In this document: positions 49,477-59,450 of the stretch, in pieces
Layout of the letters: every line of letters begins with the position of its first letter
Position numbering within the stretch: the first letter of the stretch is position 1
NCBI GenBank assembly: GCA_017499595.2
Contig: CM039004.1
Location: 3,224,001 to 3,288,000, forward strand
Direction of reading: 5' to 3'
Source of the DNA: Psilocybe cubensis
Lineage: Eukaryota
Length of the DNA: 64,000 nucleotides
Notes under the pieces: model-generated
Databases searched by the model: none
Seen by the model: the letters and a program-made list of their open reading frames with translations, nothing else
Told to the model about the DNA's origin: nothing
Program-made: the position numbers and the translations under genes

Positions 49477-51270
49477 TCAACGATGGCGATCGTAAATCTT
49501 GCAAAATTCACCGTGAAAAATCAAGGTTGATCCGGCAAGAGCAATACGACTGATGGATACGAGAGTGACGCGCATCGACGGCGCATAGAGGACGTCCTTC
49601 AAGAGGACCCGAGACTCTTGCTCACCATTGGGAATAGTGATCCAAATGTCTCCCTTGCCAGTCGCCGTGAAAGTTCGGTTATCAGCGGCGGAAATGGGCT
49701 TCTCTGGAGTGTCGACGAAGTTGATAAAACGGTGTCGAAGACCAGACATGTGTCGGGTAGCTCCCGAATCATAAAGCTCCACATCTATTGGAGTGGTCAG
49801 CTCCTCATGTGTCTTGCTTGTAAACGCTGCGTCTTCCTGAAGAGCGTTCGCTTGGACAAAGATAGGATTCAACGATGGCGGGGGAATAATAAACTCGTCG
49901 TCATCAGACTCAGAGCTCAAGTCATCATCCGAAAAATTGTCGTCGGAGTCAGATACTGAGTCAAGCGTGGGGATATCACCGTCAGAGTCGTCAGACGATT
50001 CAGAAACGCTTTGGAGACCTGGCATTTCGTCGCTGCTATCGTCCAATACGGTAGACGCTTCGGTGTCGCTTACGGGAACAGCTTCATCGAATAATTCCTG
50101 AATAAAATCGGAATCGAAGTCGTTGAAGGAGGAGGGTGTGTCTGAGGTCTCGAAATACGAATCGTCATCGAAAGCATTCGCCATCCAAGCCTCATCCGAG
50201 TCAGAATCAGCATTGGCAGCTCCAGCCGTGTGTTTAGCGCTCGAAGAAGCGCCCGTCAATGAATTGTCCTTGCCCTTGCTCTCCCCATTCTCCTTCGCTT
50301 TCCCCTTCCCCTTGCCTTTCCCCTTGCCCTTTCCAGGGCGTTGACCTTCTCTGCCGCCTCCCTTCGCCCAGCACTCCGATTTATAGTGACCGCGCTTCTT
50401 GCAATTGAAGCATTCGACGTTGTCCCGACGCGAGCCTCCTTTTTGACCTCTCTCTGAGTCGTTGGAGTAAAAGGCAACGTTCTCGCTGTCCTTCTTGCCG
50501 CTACTGCCCTTCGCACGAAGGAGCCGGCGCTCGTACTCGTCGGTGACGCTTAAAATAAAGTTTTCGGGTGATGGCGGTGGTGGGGGGTCTTCCGTATTCG
50601 CATACTGCGCAGCAATAACTGTTGTGTATGATGCATCGATGACAGAGACAAAAGAGTCGTAGGAAGCGGGTAGGGAGCCCATGAGGATAGTGTAGAATTC
50701 GAGGTCATCGAGGGGATAGCCCATGGACGAGAGATCTTCGCGCATGAGGCGCATCTTCGCAAAATGCGCTCGCACGTCGCCCTTATCTCCACACCGCTCC
50801 TCTTGCAATCGTCGACGAAGGTCAATCGAAACCATGCGAGATTTGTTCTGGAAATTCGCTCCCAACGCCGCCCACATCATCTCTGCAGTAGGTAGCATGC
50901 GAATCTTCAAGAAGAGGCTGTCCGGGATCGTGCCAGCGATCTGCTGCTTCACCACGGCCTCCTCCTGCTTCCACACCTTCAACTTCTTGTAGTACTCCTC
51001 AAGCGCAGCTGTTTGTTCCACTGTCGGGGCCGGCGGTGGCTGGGTCGTTGCAGGAGTGGTAGACGAGCCTGTGGCAGCGGGAGCCGGTGCAGAGGACGAG
51101 GAGAACGATGGAGCAACTGGCATAGGTGCTGTGCCGTCGATGTGATCTCCCAGTCCGCGTGCATCGATGGAAATCAAGAAACGGTCTCGATAGACCACCC
51201 AATTAGCGCCCGTGGCCTCGAGCTTGGGAATGCGCAAGAAATCATCGCCTAGCTTCGTTGTAGAGAGCAT
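49477..51270 (-). CDS. gag: Copia Gag plus aspartic protease
   Basis: Zinc knuckle CFNCKKRGHYKSEC; GK repeats; acidic spacer; protease LYDSGATRHM and LKDVLYAP. Confidence 0.92.
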   Translation of the reverse strand: MLSTTKLGDDFLRIPKLEATGANWVVYRDRFLISIDARGLGDHIDGTAPMPVAPSFSSSSAPAPAATGSSTTPATTQPPPAPTVEQTAALEEYYKKLKVWKQEEAVVKQQIAGTIPDSLFLKIRMLPTAEMMWAALGANFQNKSRMVSIDLRRRLQEERCGDKGDVRAHFAKMRLMREDLSSMGYPLDDLEFYTILMGSLPASYDSFVSVIDASYTTVIAAQYANTEDPPPPPSPENFILSVTDEYERRLLRAKGSSGKKDSENVAFYSNDSERGQKGGSRRDNVECFNCKKRGHYKSECWAKGGGREGQRPGKGKGKGKGKGKAKENGESKGKDNSLTGASSSAKHTAGAANADSDSDEAWMANAFDDDSYFETSDTPSSFNDFDSDFIQELFDEAVPVSDTEASTVLDDSSDEMPGLQSVSESSDDSDGDIPTLDSVSDSDDNFSDDDLSSESDDDEFIIPPPSLNPIFVQANALQEDAAFTSKTHEELTTPIDVELYDSGATRHMSGLRHRFINFVDTPEKPISAADNRTFTATGKGDIWITIPNGEQESRVLLKDVLYAPSMRVTLVSISRIALAGSTLIFHGEFCKIYDRHR

Positions 51271-51325
51271 TGTGAAGTTGGTGTGAAGGGAAATGAGTCT
51301 ACTCGTTGATTATAGGCTGAGGTCG

Positions 51326-51337
51326 GGGCCCATAACC
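51326..51337 (-). other. Primer-binding site complementary to the anticodon arm of initiator tRNA-Met
   Basis: GGTTATGGGCCC directly abuts the 5' LTR; the plus strand GGGCCCATAACC matches the tRNAiMet anticodon stem-loop, as in Drosophila copia. Confidence 0.85.
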
Positions 51338-51714
51338 TATTGAACAAATATAATGGCTCAGTCAATGTAGAATAGACTGATATTCGTGTATAGTACCTAT
51401 TGAACAAATATAATGGCTACACGAAGTCAATATACGAAGGGAAACAGTAAATACGATGGTCAACTCACCTCAGTCAATGTAGAATAGACTGAGGGGAGTT
51501 GAGACGAAATTGTTCTGGTATATGTGATACGAAAATGGCTGGGCAAATGCCCAAGCCATGCGGACCTACTCGGTGTACGTATTGTCCATGCGTGCACCCG
51601 TCTACGTACGGTCTAGACTAAAACTGAGGTCATCACGGAGAAATAAGACAACAAGAAAATATAATCAGTCAAGAAAAGGGCGTGCATTACGAAGGCACGG
51701 TTAGAAATTCAACA
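51338..51714 (-). repeat. 5' LTR of Copia element
   Basis: Direct repeat of 46114-46490. Confidence 0.95.
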
Positions 51715-52350
51715 TTTTACCTCACAAAAAAGTAAGATTAAGAGAGGTATGCGCTGAATATTACTGTTCATAGTATTTCTAAGGACATTATAATGGGTAG
51801 CAGTGAAAAAATCGAAGTTCAAGAAATTGGTGTCACAAATGTGTCACACGGAACCTTTTAGTCATTTTGATCCTTATAAAGCCTTATAAACCGAAAGGTA
51901 TCCTTTATAAGATGCTCGAAATTCTGATACACAGACTCTCCCTTTACAAATACTGTGTATATGAAATTTACTGGAGTGTATGTACTTTAGTATGTCATAA
52001 ATTTGGAATTTATTGCTACAATGAGCACTCCAGATGAACTTTAAAAATTCAAGCCCCTGTCTTGTCATGTGAGCGTGACGTATTTTTAGGTTTATAAGGC
52101 AATTTTGAAAATTCCGACACACTACACTAAAATCTGTACCGAAGCAGATCAGCAATGGCATCCTTCCTTCTTCCGCACTTCCACCATCCCCTCAGTGTTG
52201 CCTTCTCCAATAGTTTGGCGCATCACCACGTGAATTTAGGACACTCCAAGGAAAAATTACATGAGGTCCAGTTGTCAGTTGATACATGAAATTCGAAGTA
52301 GTATATCTCTTGAATGATGAGTGGGTGATAAAAAATTATCAGTGGCCATA

Positions 52351-53644
52351 TCAGTGGCCATATCCGCCGTGTCCTTCACCGGTGAGTGGGACTTTGTCTA
52401 AAGTTCTTCCAGGGTCATTCTGTAATGCAGATAGTTCATTTGGTGATGTATTATGTGGTTCAAGTTTCCCGCATGAATTAGCCTGTGGATATTGTGCCAG
52501 ATTCGGTAAGGATAAAGTGGAAATGTTCGACACGCTTGATAACGATCCAGCTATTAAACCTGATCAGACCATTCCCTTCTTCTGAAATACAAAAGAACAC
52601 CTACAATCATTAGCGTCATCACGTAGCTCTGTGTGACTCAAATATATGCGAAGGCGAAGATAAATAAATATAACCAGAATTATAACAAAAACGATTCCAG
52701 CGGCGGTTCCTATTATCGGCACAACTGGGATTTCTATAGACGACGACGATGATGATGTGCTAGACGGAAGTGTTACTTCTGTTACTACATTCCCCTCAGT
52801 CGTTGTGATATGAAAATCTGTGGATAATGTCCTGCTATAAAATTTAACGCTGTTTGACGGTGAAACTTCAGTTAGACGGATAAATCATAACAGTCAATCA
52901 CTGATGTGTAGGCATGTAGACACCGTGAGACTTACAGGTCATCATACCGGTGCTGGAATCCATGTTTGAGCTATTAAAGGCAAGTATACCTGCAGGTGGT
53001 GACGACGATGCTGTTGGCTGCACAAATGTTGTTTTAGCAGACAACAAGTTTCGGACGGCTTCCGCTGTTTTAGAAGTCTCTACAGTTCGTGATATCGGGG
53101 TAGCCTTCGGTGGGATCTCTTTTGTCTGCAGTGGAGTGAAGGGAAATCTTGGACTTGTGGAGCCAGTCGTTAAAGGGTCGATCCTTAAAAGTTTTCCCTC
53201 GACGATAAACCTATCCAACTGTAGTGGGCTATCAGCCGCATTGCCAGCGTTTGAAAGAGTGACTGTGTAAATATTTTCTGGAATTTTCCCCGTGTCGTAA
53301 AGAACGAAATTAAAAATGTATGTGGCATTTGTTGAGTGAGAAACTGTCGAACTATTCCCATTAATGTTAATAATGGTATGGATGCTGCTGGCATCGGAGG
53401 TACTACTGGGGAGTACACACAGTATTGTTAAGCGAGTTCCTATGTGTTTCTTCAGAACCGGTATTCTTTTAAATGCTCGAATCGCTAACATGCCTTCAAA
53501 TATCATGGATGCAGATGCTCTGTTGTCGACAGTTGAATGTAACGTGCCTTGGAACGCTGGCTCCTGTGCAGTCCCTTTAAGAACTTGCCATGATCCTTTG
53601 TATATGATAACTGTATCTGCATCATCCACATCTACGACGCTCAT
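52351..53644 (-). CDS. Single-pass membrane protein, paralog of 33186-34675, multi-exon
   Basis: MSVVDVDDADTVIIYKGSW...ASASMIFEG|TRL...NAGNAADSPLQLDRF; TM VVPIIGTAAGIVFVIILVIFIYLRLR at about 52650-52730; 3' end uncertain. Confidence 0.65.
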
Positions 53645-54604
53645 CGAGAATAACTTGAAAATGTTCTGCAAAGAGTAGGAGAGAGGTTCTTTTCACGTAT
53701 AAGTTTGATTGAACTCGGCTTCGCTTGCGTTAATACTAGCCAAGGGAAGGGAAGGTGCTAGTAATGAAGTCTTTGCCTGATTTTCTTGATATTTATGTTA
53801 CTAGGCCGTCAAATCTCTGCCAAAGCATTGTCTAGCCTCAGACGGCTGATGTACAATCCTTGAGAATATCTCGTTGAAATTAGAAACAGTGTAAATAACT
53901 TGGCACTGATTCGGGAGTCACTGAGGCTTCCCAGAAGCGAGTGTTCGGTTCGATCATCGACGAAGTTATGCACACTTGGGCTCATATCCTAGGGCATGTA
54001 CTTAATTTGTAAATATACTAGTAAGGCTCTGCCACATCAGTTTCACATATCTATGAGTCAGGGAAAATATTCACGCAAAAACGAGCCAGCAGAGTCATTG
54101 CATTTGTGGAATGACTGTGCACGGATCCGAAAGCCATAATAAGAAAGCTACATAGAAGATCTGTCCTTGCAACTAAATGCATCAGACTTGAATGCCGCGA
54201 GTGTGATCATATCACAGATGATCAAACTTACAATCCAATAGACATTTGAGATTGATTTGTGTAAAATACGTTACGATCAGCAACACCCTCCCAATCACCG
54301 AGCATACCACACCCTAGAGAAGAGGTACAAGAAGTTCTTTGCGCAGTAGTATAGTTTCATGCTATGCAAACCGGTAGGTAACCTTGAGGTGGCCTATTTT
54401 TGTTCGGAAAGTGGGAAGGGTCTCGCCCATCGATGGGAATTGAACCGCAAGGAACAAAGCATAAATGGCAGAGAGCCAAATATTTACAGTCCACAGGCGT
54501 ATAAGACCCCTTCCCCTCCTTGCCCTAAAATCCGGACCCCAGAGGCTTAAATCTTCCAATCTTCCAAACGTCCAGGTATCTCAAGAACCACAACCTTCAC
54601 TATT

Positions 54605-54917
54605 ATGCGATTCCTTCAACTTTTTGCACTATCTGGTATCGGACTTCTCCCCATTGCATCCGCGGGTCCAATTGCGTATGGAATATGCCAGACAGGTATA
54701 ATTTCTTGATTTTCTCAAGGTGGCACTGAATGATGCTCATTGATGTCACTCAGGGTGCAACACTGTCGCAGTTGCTTGCTATGCAGCTGCAGGCCTAACA
54801 TTTGGAACAGTAGTGGCCGCTCCTGCGGCTCCAGCCGCCGCTATCGCATATAACGCCGCCCTCGGTACCTGTTCCGCTGCTTGCGCGACAGTGGCGCTTT
54901 TAGCGCCCACCCCTTGA
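54605..54917 (+). CDS. Small secreted Cys/Ala-rich protein (84 aa), 2 exons; not in the ORF track
   Basis: Exons 54605-54695 and 54754-54917 give MRFLQLFALSGIGLLPIASA-GPIAYGICQTGCNTVAVACYAAAGLTFGTVVAAPAAPAAAIAYNAALGTCSAACATVALLAPTP; TATAAG upstream near 54500. Confidence 0.85.
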
Positions 54918-55297
54918 TTGTACGATACATATCTTGTTTGCCGTTTTGTTGTAAAACGATACTGACTCCTTGTTTTGCTCGTTCGCGTACAGATCTAGTT
55001 CCCTCTTTCTCTCTCCTCAGCGAATATGCCATGATTTTTTAGCTTCATTACACCTATCAGCATTCGATTAGTTTCCGCCTGTTAATGTCATGCTTCAGTT
55101 GCACAAGACCATGATGGATAAGAAATCACATTTAATTGTGAACACTGTGAAAATGGCATGCTTTATTCAGCGATGAAGCTCCAGTATCAAATACATAAAA
55201 ACGAATTCGCACAAGACATTCCAAACGGCACAATATTGATTAAGAGCAATATTTAATATATCTTGCATTACTAGATATTTATGGATGAGGGGTTGTA

Positions 55298-56825
55298 TCA
55301 CTCATCCGCAACATGAACTACAGCCTTTGCCTTGTTGGTACCTTTTTGAACCGCCAAAATAACGTCACCGACTTTGTCCAAGCCGTTGTAGACATCCTCT
55401 GAGTACTTAATTTCTCCTGAGGCCACCAGAGGGGGCAGGACTTTATAAAATTCTTCCCTGTACTTGGCTTCAAGACGGAAGATGATGAAACCGCTGATAG
55501 TCAATGATTTGGCGACAACATGGAAGAGATTCTGAAGAAATTAATTGAAATTGTCAGAGAACTAGACGGAACGCTTAAGGATGAAGGTATCCTACCTTGA
55601 TTCCCGTGCTATGGCCGTTGTTGTAGCCTGATATCATCCCACATTCCTTAACCTGATGTTAGTAATCATTGTCTCGACAGAAATAAATCATCTCACAATG
55701 AATCGGCCGTAGTTATTAGCTGCTTCGAGGGCGGCATCCAAGGTCTCTCCACCAACATTATCCCAGAAACTGTCGAGCGATAGTTGAAGATATGGGATGG
55801 TGAAAAGGAGGTAATAATGCTCACATATCAATTGGTCCCTCCTTCTCGAGAACCTCGGCAGTTTTGGTGGTTTTGTAGTTGAAGGCTACGTCAGCTCCTA
55901 TTTCCTTCATAAACTTGACCTTTTCGTCCGATCCCGCAGAAGCGATGACTTTTAATCCATCCCTCTTCGCGAGTTGGATTACAAGCCTGCATTGTATCAA
56001 CACTATATCACTCCCGCAAACTATTGTATAACTTACGATCCAACAGGGCCAGCGCCTGTACTGACAAAAGCAACTTCGCCCTATGCAGTACAAGATTAGT
56101 GAAGGTTCTACAATGATGCGACCGGGAAATAACACCTTCTTCGCATGAGAATATTCCTTCCATGCCATATAAGCAGTTTTGCCTAGATGACGTCATTTAG
56201 CTAATTGTAAGATATCTTTTCAATGACACTCACCAGGCATGCCTAGAACACCAATATATGCTGACCACGGAAGCTTATCGGGATTTTGTATCTTTTCGAG
56301 ACCCGAAAGGTCTTTTCTTATGGAATAATGCTGGTGTTCTGTTCATCTTGCGTCGGTATGCAAGGATCGTACCCAACACGATAAAAGCTCACCGAGAATG
56401 CCGTACAAGTGATCTCCTACTTGGACCTCAGCATTTTCTGAACGAATGACCACACCAACGCCGTAACCATTTAGACTAAGAATAGGTTCGGAAGGTGTTA
56501 CATTAGGAGTAGAACGAAATGACTCACGGTTTGCCAATGAAGAATGGATCTGAGTACGATTTCTTAGAGGGTTCCCGCATTCGCCCCCTCATATACGGGT
56601 CCACAGAGAGTTCCAAGGTCTTCAGCACGAAACCGCCATTCAGAGCCACCGTCTCGATGTCGATGGTCTCCGATGTATCATAAACAGTCGTTTCTCCTGG
56701 TACCGGAAACCCTAAATAGACGTAACACAATGGGATCAACACACATAGAACTGAATAACAAACGGGAAGGCTAAACCTTCTGGAATTGCATTGAATAGAA
56801 CACGCCCGTTTGTAACTGGAGCCAT
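55298..56825 (-). CDS. NADP-dependent alkenal/enone reductase (zinc-independent MDR, PTGR1/LTB4DH-like), multi-exon
   Basis: MAPVTNGRVLFNAIPE|GFPVPGETT, LSVDPYMRGRMR, GVLGMPG, FVSTGAGPVG, ASAGSDEKV, AFNYK, FWDNVGGETLDAAL, KGTNKAKAVV. Confidence 0.92.
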
Positions 56826-58057
56826 TATGCACGATGAGATACGAGGGGGAAAAAGAGTATGGTGTCTGAGAATACGCAAATTCTCAGACCGATTTTATAT
56901 CCCCCTGAACTGCCTGTATCCATCTGACATCACCGGGTAAACTGATATGATAGTACCCGCAGGGCATGGGTGTCTCAGAGAGGTAACGGATGACGAATCT
57001 CAATGTCCTCGGCGTCGGTAAGCGTCGGTATCAGGTGATTGGCTGTCAATTGGGACAATGATGTAAGCAAAGAAATTCCCACAGACCTTGGCAGCCTTTG
57101 TCAGAGACTCAGAGCTTTATTCAGGCTTTATTAAGATACATGGGAGGACTCTAGCTTACTACTCACCTCGCGAGCACAACAAACGACTTATGAAAATAGA
57201 AAACAAACCCCATATTGGTAAAGGTATGATGTCTTCTTGCCTATGGAAAATTCCGATCGACCTCTCCGATTGACGGTCCCCTCGAGGCTGGCCAAGCATT
57301 CAAGTCCATGCTCGCAAAGAAAGTGCTGGAAAGTACTAGCTACTACTAGTACTATTTACAAAAATGTACATTCTAAAAGTTGCTCAAATAATAGGAGCAC
57401 AAATACATTGAAGAGGATTTCGAAATAGGAGCCTACATGAATTGAAGGGGCTCGGGATCTCGGAGTCAATAAGCGACTTCGGTGCGACCGCGATGTTTTT
57501 GAGGTAACGTTATGCACTGAATAATCTAAGTAATCAAGTAAAGGAAGATGTGGGAGATAAGGATGCGCTTTGAAATCTCCTCTCTACTTACTGATCGGTA
57601 GAAGAAGATCGCTAGCCTAAAGACTTACTATCTTTATGTACTGCTACTTTTGTTCCTTTTGTTAGGATCTTACTCTATAAGGCCTACTTTCAATGACAGT
57701 GATAGCATAAATAGCTGTGGGCTGACGGATGTCATATTGGTTGAGGGCTTGACTTTGCTATGTATTGAAGTCAAACGAACGACAAGCAGTGATTTTTATC
57801 ATGACTTTAAAGTAATATGAATTGAGTTGCTTCCGACCAAATTCCGAGCTGTGTTTAACTGTTGTCTTGTGCCATTACTACAATATGGTACTAGAAGACA
57901 CCGGCGTCGATCTAGACTCTCGGTTTCCCTGCTCAGACTGTAACTCACCCAGGGGAACGGAGATCAGAAAGCTAAAGAATTACAAGTTATACTTCCTACT
58001 GAAAATATCCACTGTTCAAGTTATCAAGGATGAGTTGAGAATATGTTAAGAAATATG

Positions 58058-59450
58058 TTAAGAAACCGATGAGGATGGTATGAAGTCGATGCGTATGTTT
58101 AAAGACTCGGAGAATGCCCGACAAAGGCGAGGAAGCGAGTCTCTGACTGAGTCACGACATATTCCCCCGAAGGTCGCTAAATCGAGTCCAGTAAGGTTGA
58201 ATCCTGTCCCGAGAACGGTATGCAGAGTGATTACAAAACGTCTTATCGACCCGTAACGTCGATGAGAAAGATGGGTGTCGACGTAGGAGAAGTCAATGAG
58301 AGGAAACATGTTGTCGTGCACCTCCGCGCTAGTGAGGTAGTACGAAAAGAGCACTTGGATTTCTAGAAGGCTCTCAGGGACCTCGTCCCCGAGTAACCTA
58401 TCCATAGGGAAGCAATTGACGGAAGTCGGAAATATGCAAAGCCTTCTCAAGCGCTGAAGATGGCCGTAGTGGACCATTCGACCTTCTTGAGCCTCCTCTA
58501 CAGTACGTGCTAAGTCAAAGTTCATATTCAGCAGCATAACTTATGCAGGGGTGGATTGACTCGCCTCTCAAAAAAGTAGGTAGACTAAAAACAAGAGTGT
58601 CCAGGGATGTAGCATTGGTCAAAATTTGGTTCGCGGTATCGACGTCATCAATAGCACGTAGTGTTACTTTCAGATTTGTTAAGCGTGTGAACAGGTTAGA
58701 AGCTGAATCGTAACGCCCACAGAAGAGCCCACATAATGTTCTATAGGATACCAACCCATCCAGGAAGAGCGACTCGAGAATGACTGGACTTAGTAATGGT
58801 GACGAAAGATCAAGTGAGGGATTGATGGACACCTGGCGGAGGTGGAGATGTTTGATCTTCGATCCTTGTAGAGCTCCCACAGGCATGGAACATATTGCGG
58901 CAATTTGTAGTGATGTGAGCTTAGACCTGCGGACGAGATCCACGAATGCATGTCTCATAGCCATACGGAATGTTTCCCAGTGGTAGTGTTTGTCAGAGTA
59001 TGAATGATTCCATGGTTCAAATTTGAATGTAAACTCGTCAGTGCGAGGTCGATAGCCTGGTGTTTCCCGGAACAGGTTGTTACAGAGCACTGTCATTGCT
59101 GCATCAATGAATGGAGGATTTTCGCCTTCTTGAGGAACCATGCTAAATTCAAAAGAATTAACAAACGACGCCACGTTAATCATTCGAGGAGTTAGGCGTC
59201 GCTGTCCGTCAACGAGAATGGCGAAGCAATTTAGACGATTAGACAGATCGCTACAATTGCGACCGAAGATTGAGTCCAGAATGACGGCCGAGAATCGCTT
59301 CTGATTGACTTTAACCCGAAAATGCTGAGTGGTCAGGGCCATGGAGGACAGCGATTGGTCATCCAGGACAGTAAGAGCTCGGTCTACAATGTCATCAATG
59401 AGTTCTGAAGGAAGTTTTGGGACAATTGAAGGAGAGTCGCGATCCGGCAT
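58058..59450 (-). CDS. F-box-like/LRR-like hypothetical protein, 2 exons (GC-AG intron 58510-58564)
   Basis: N-terminal PKLPSELIDDIVD..DDQSLSSMALT; Leu-periodic LTSLQI, IKHLHL, LTNLKV, LRRLCI; a GC donor joins the two ORFs in frame. Confidence 0.6.

Larger units (their letters stand above)
46114..51714 (-). mobile_element. Full-length Ty1/Copia LTR retrotransposon
   Basis: Two 377-bp LTRs, 5-bp TSD TTTTA (46109-46113 and 51715-51719), PBS, PPT, and gag-PR-IN-RT-RNaseH order. Confidence 0.97.
46028..52119. mobile_element. Non-autonomous TIR element (MITE-like, about 0.49 kb without the Copia) interrupted by the Copia insertion
   Basis: TGTCGGAATTTTTAAAATAGCCTTATAA (46028-46055) matches the reverse complement of 52092-52119 at 26/28; repeated internal CCTTATAA motifs; AT-rich and non-coding; no clear TSD. 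Confidence 0.65.

Noticed and set aside
57332..57353. AGTACTAG-ctacta-CTAGTACT inverted repeat
   Set aside because: Short, low-complexity and within chance expectation.
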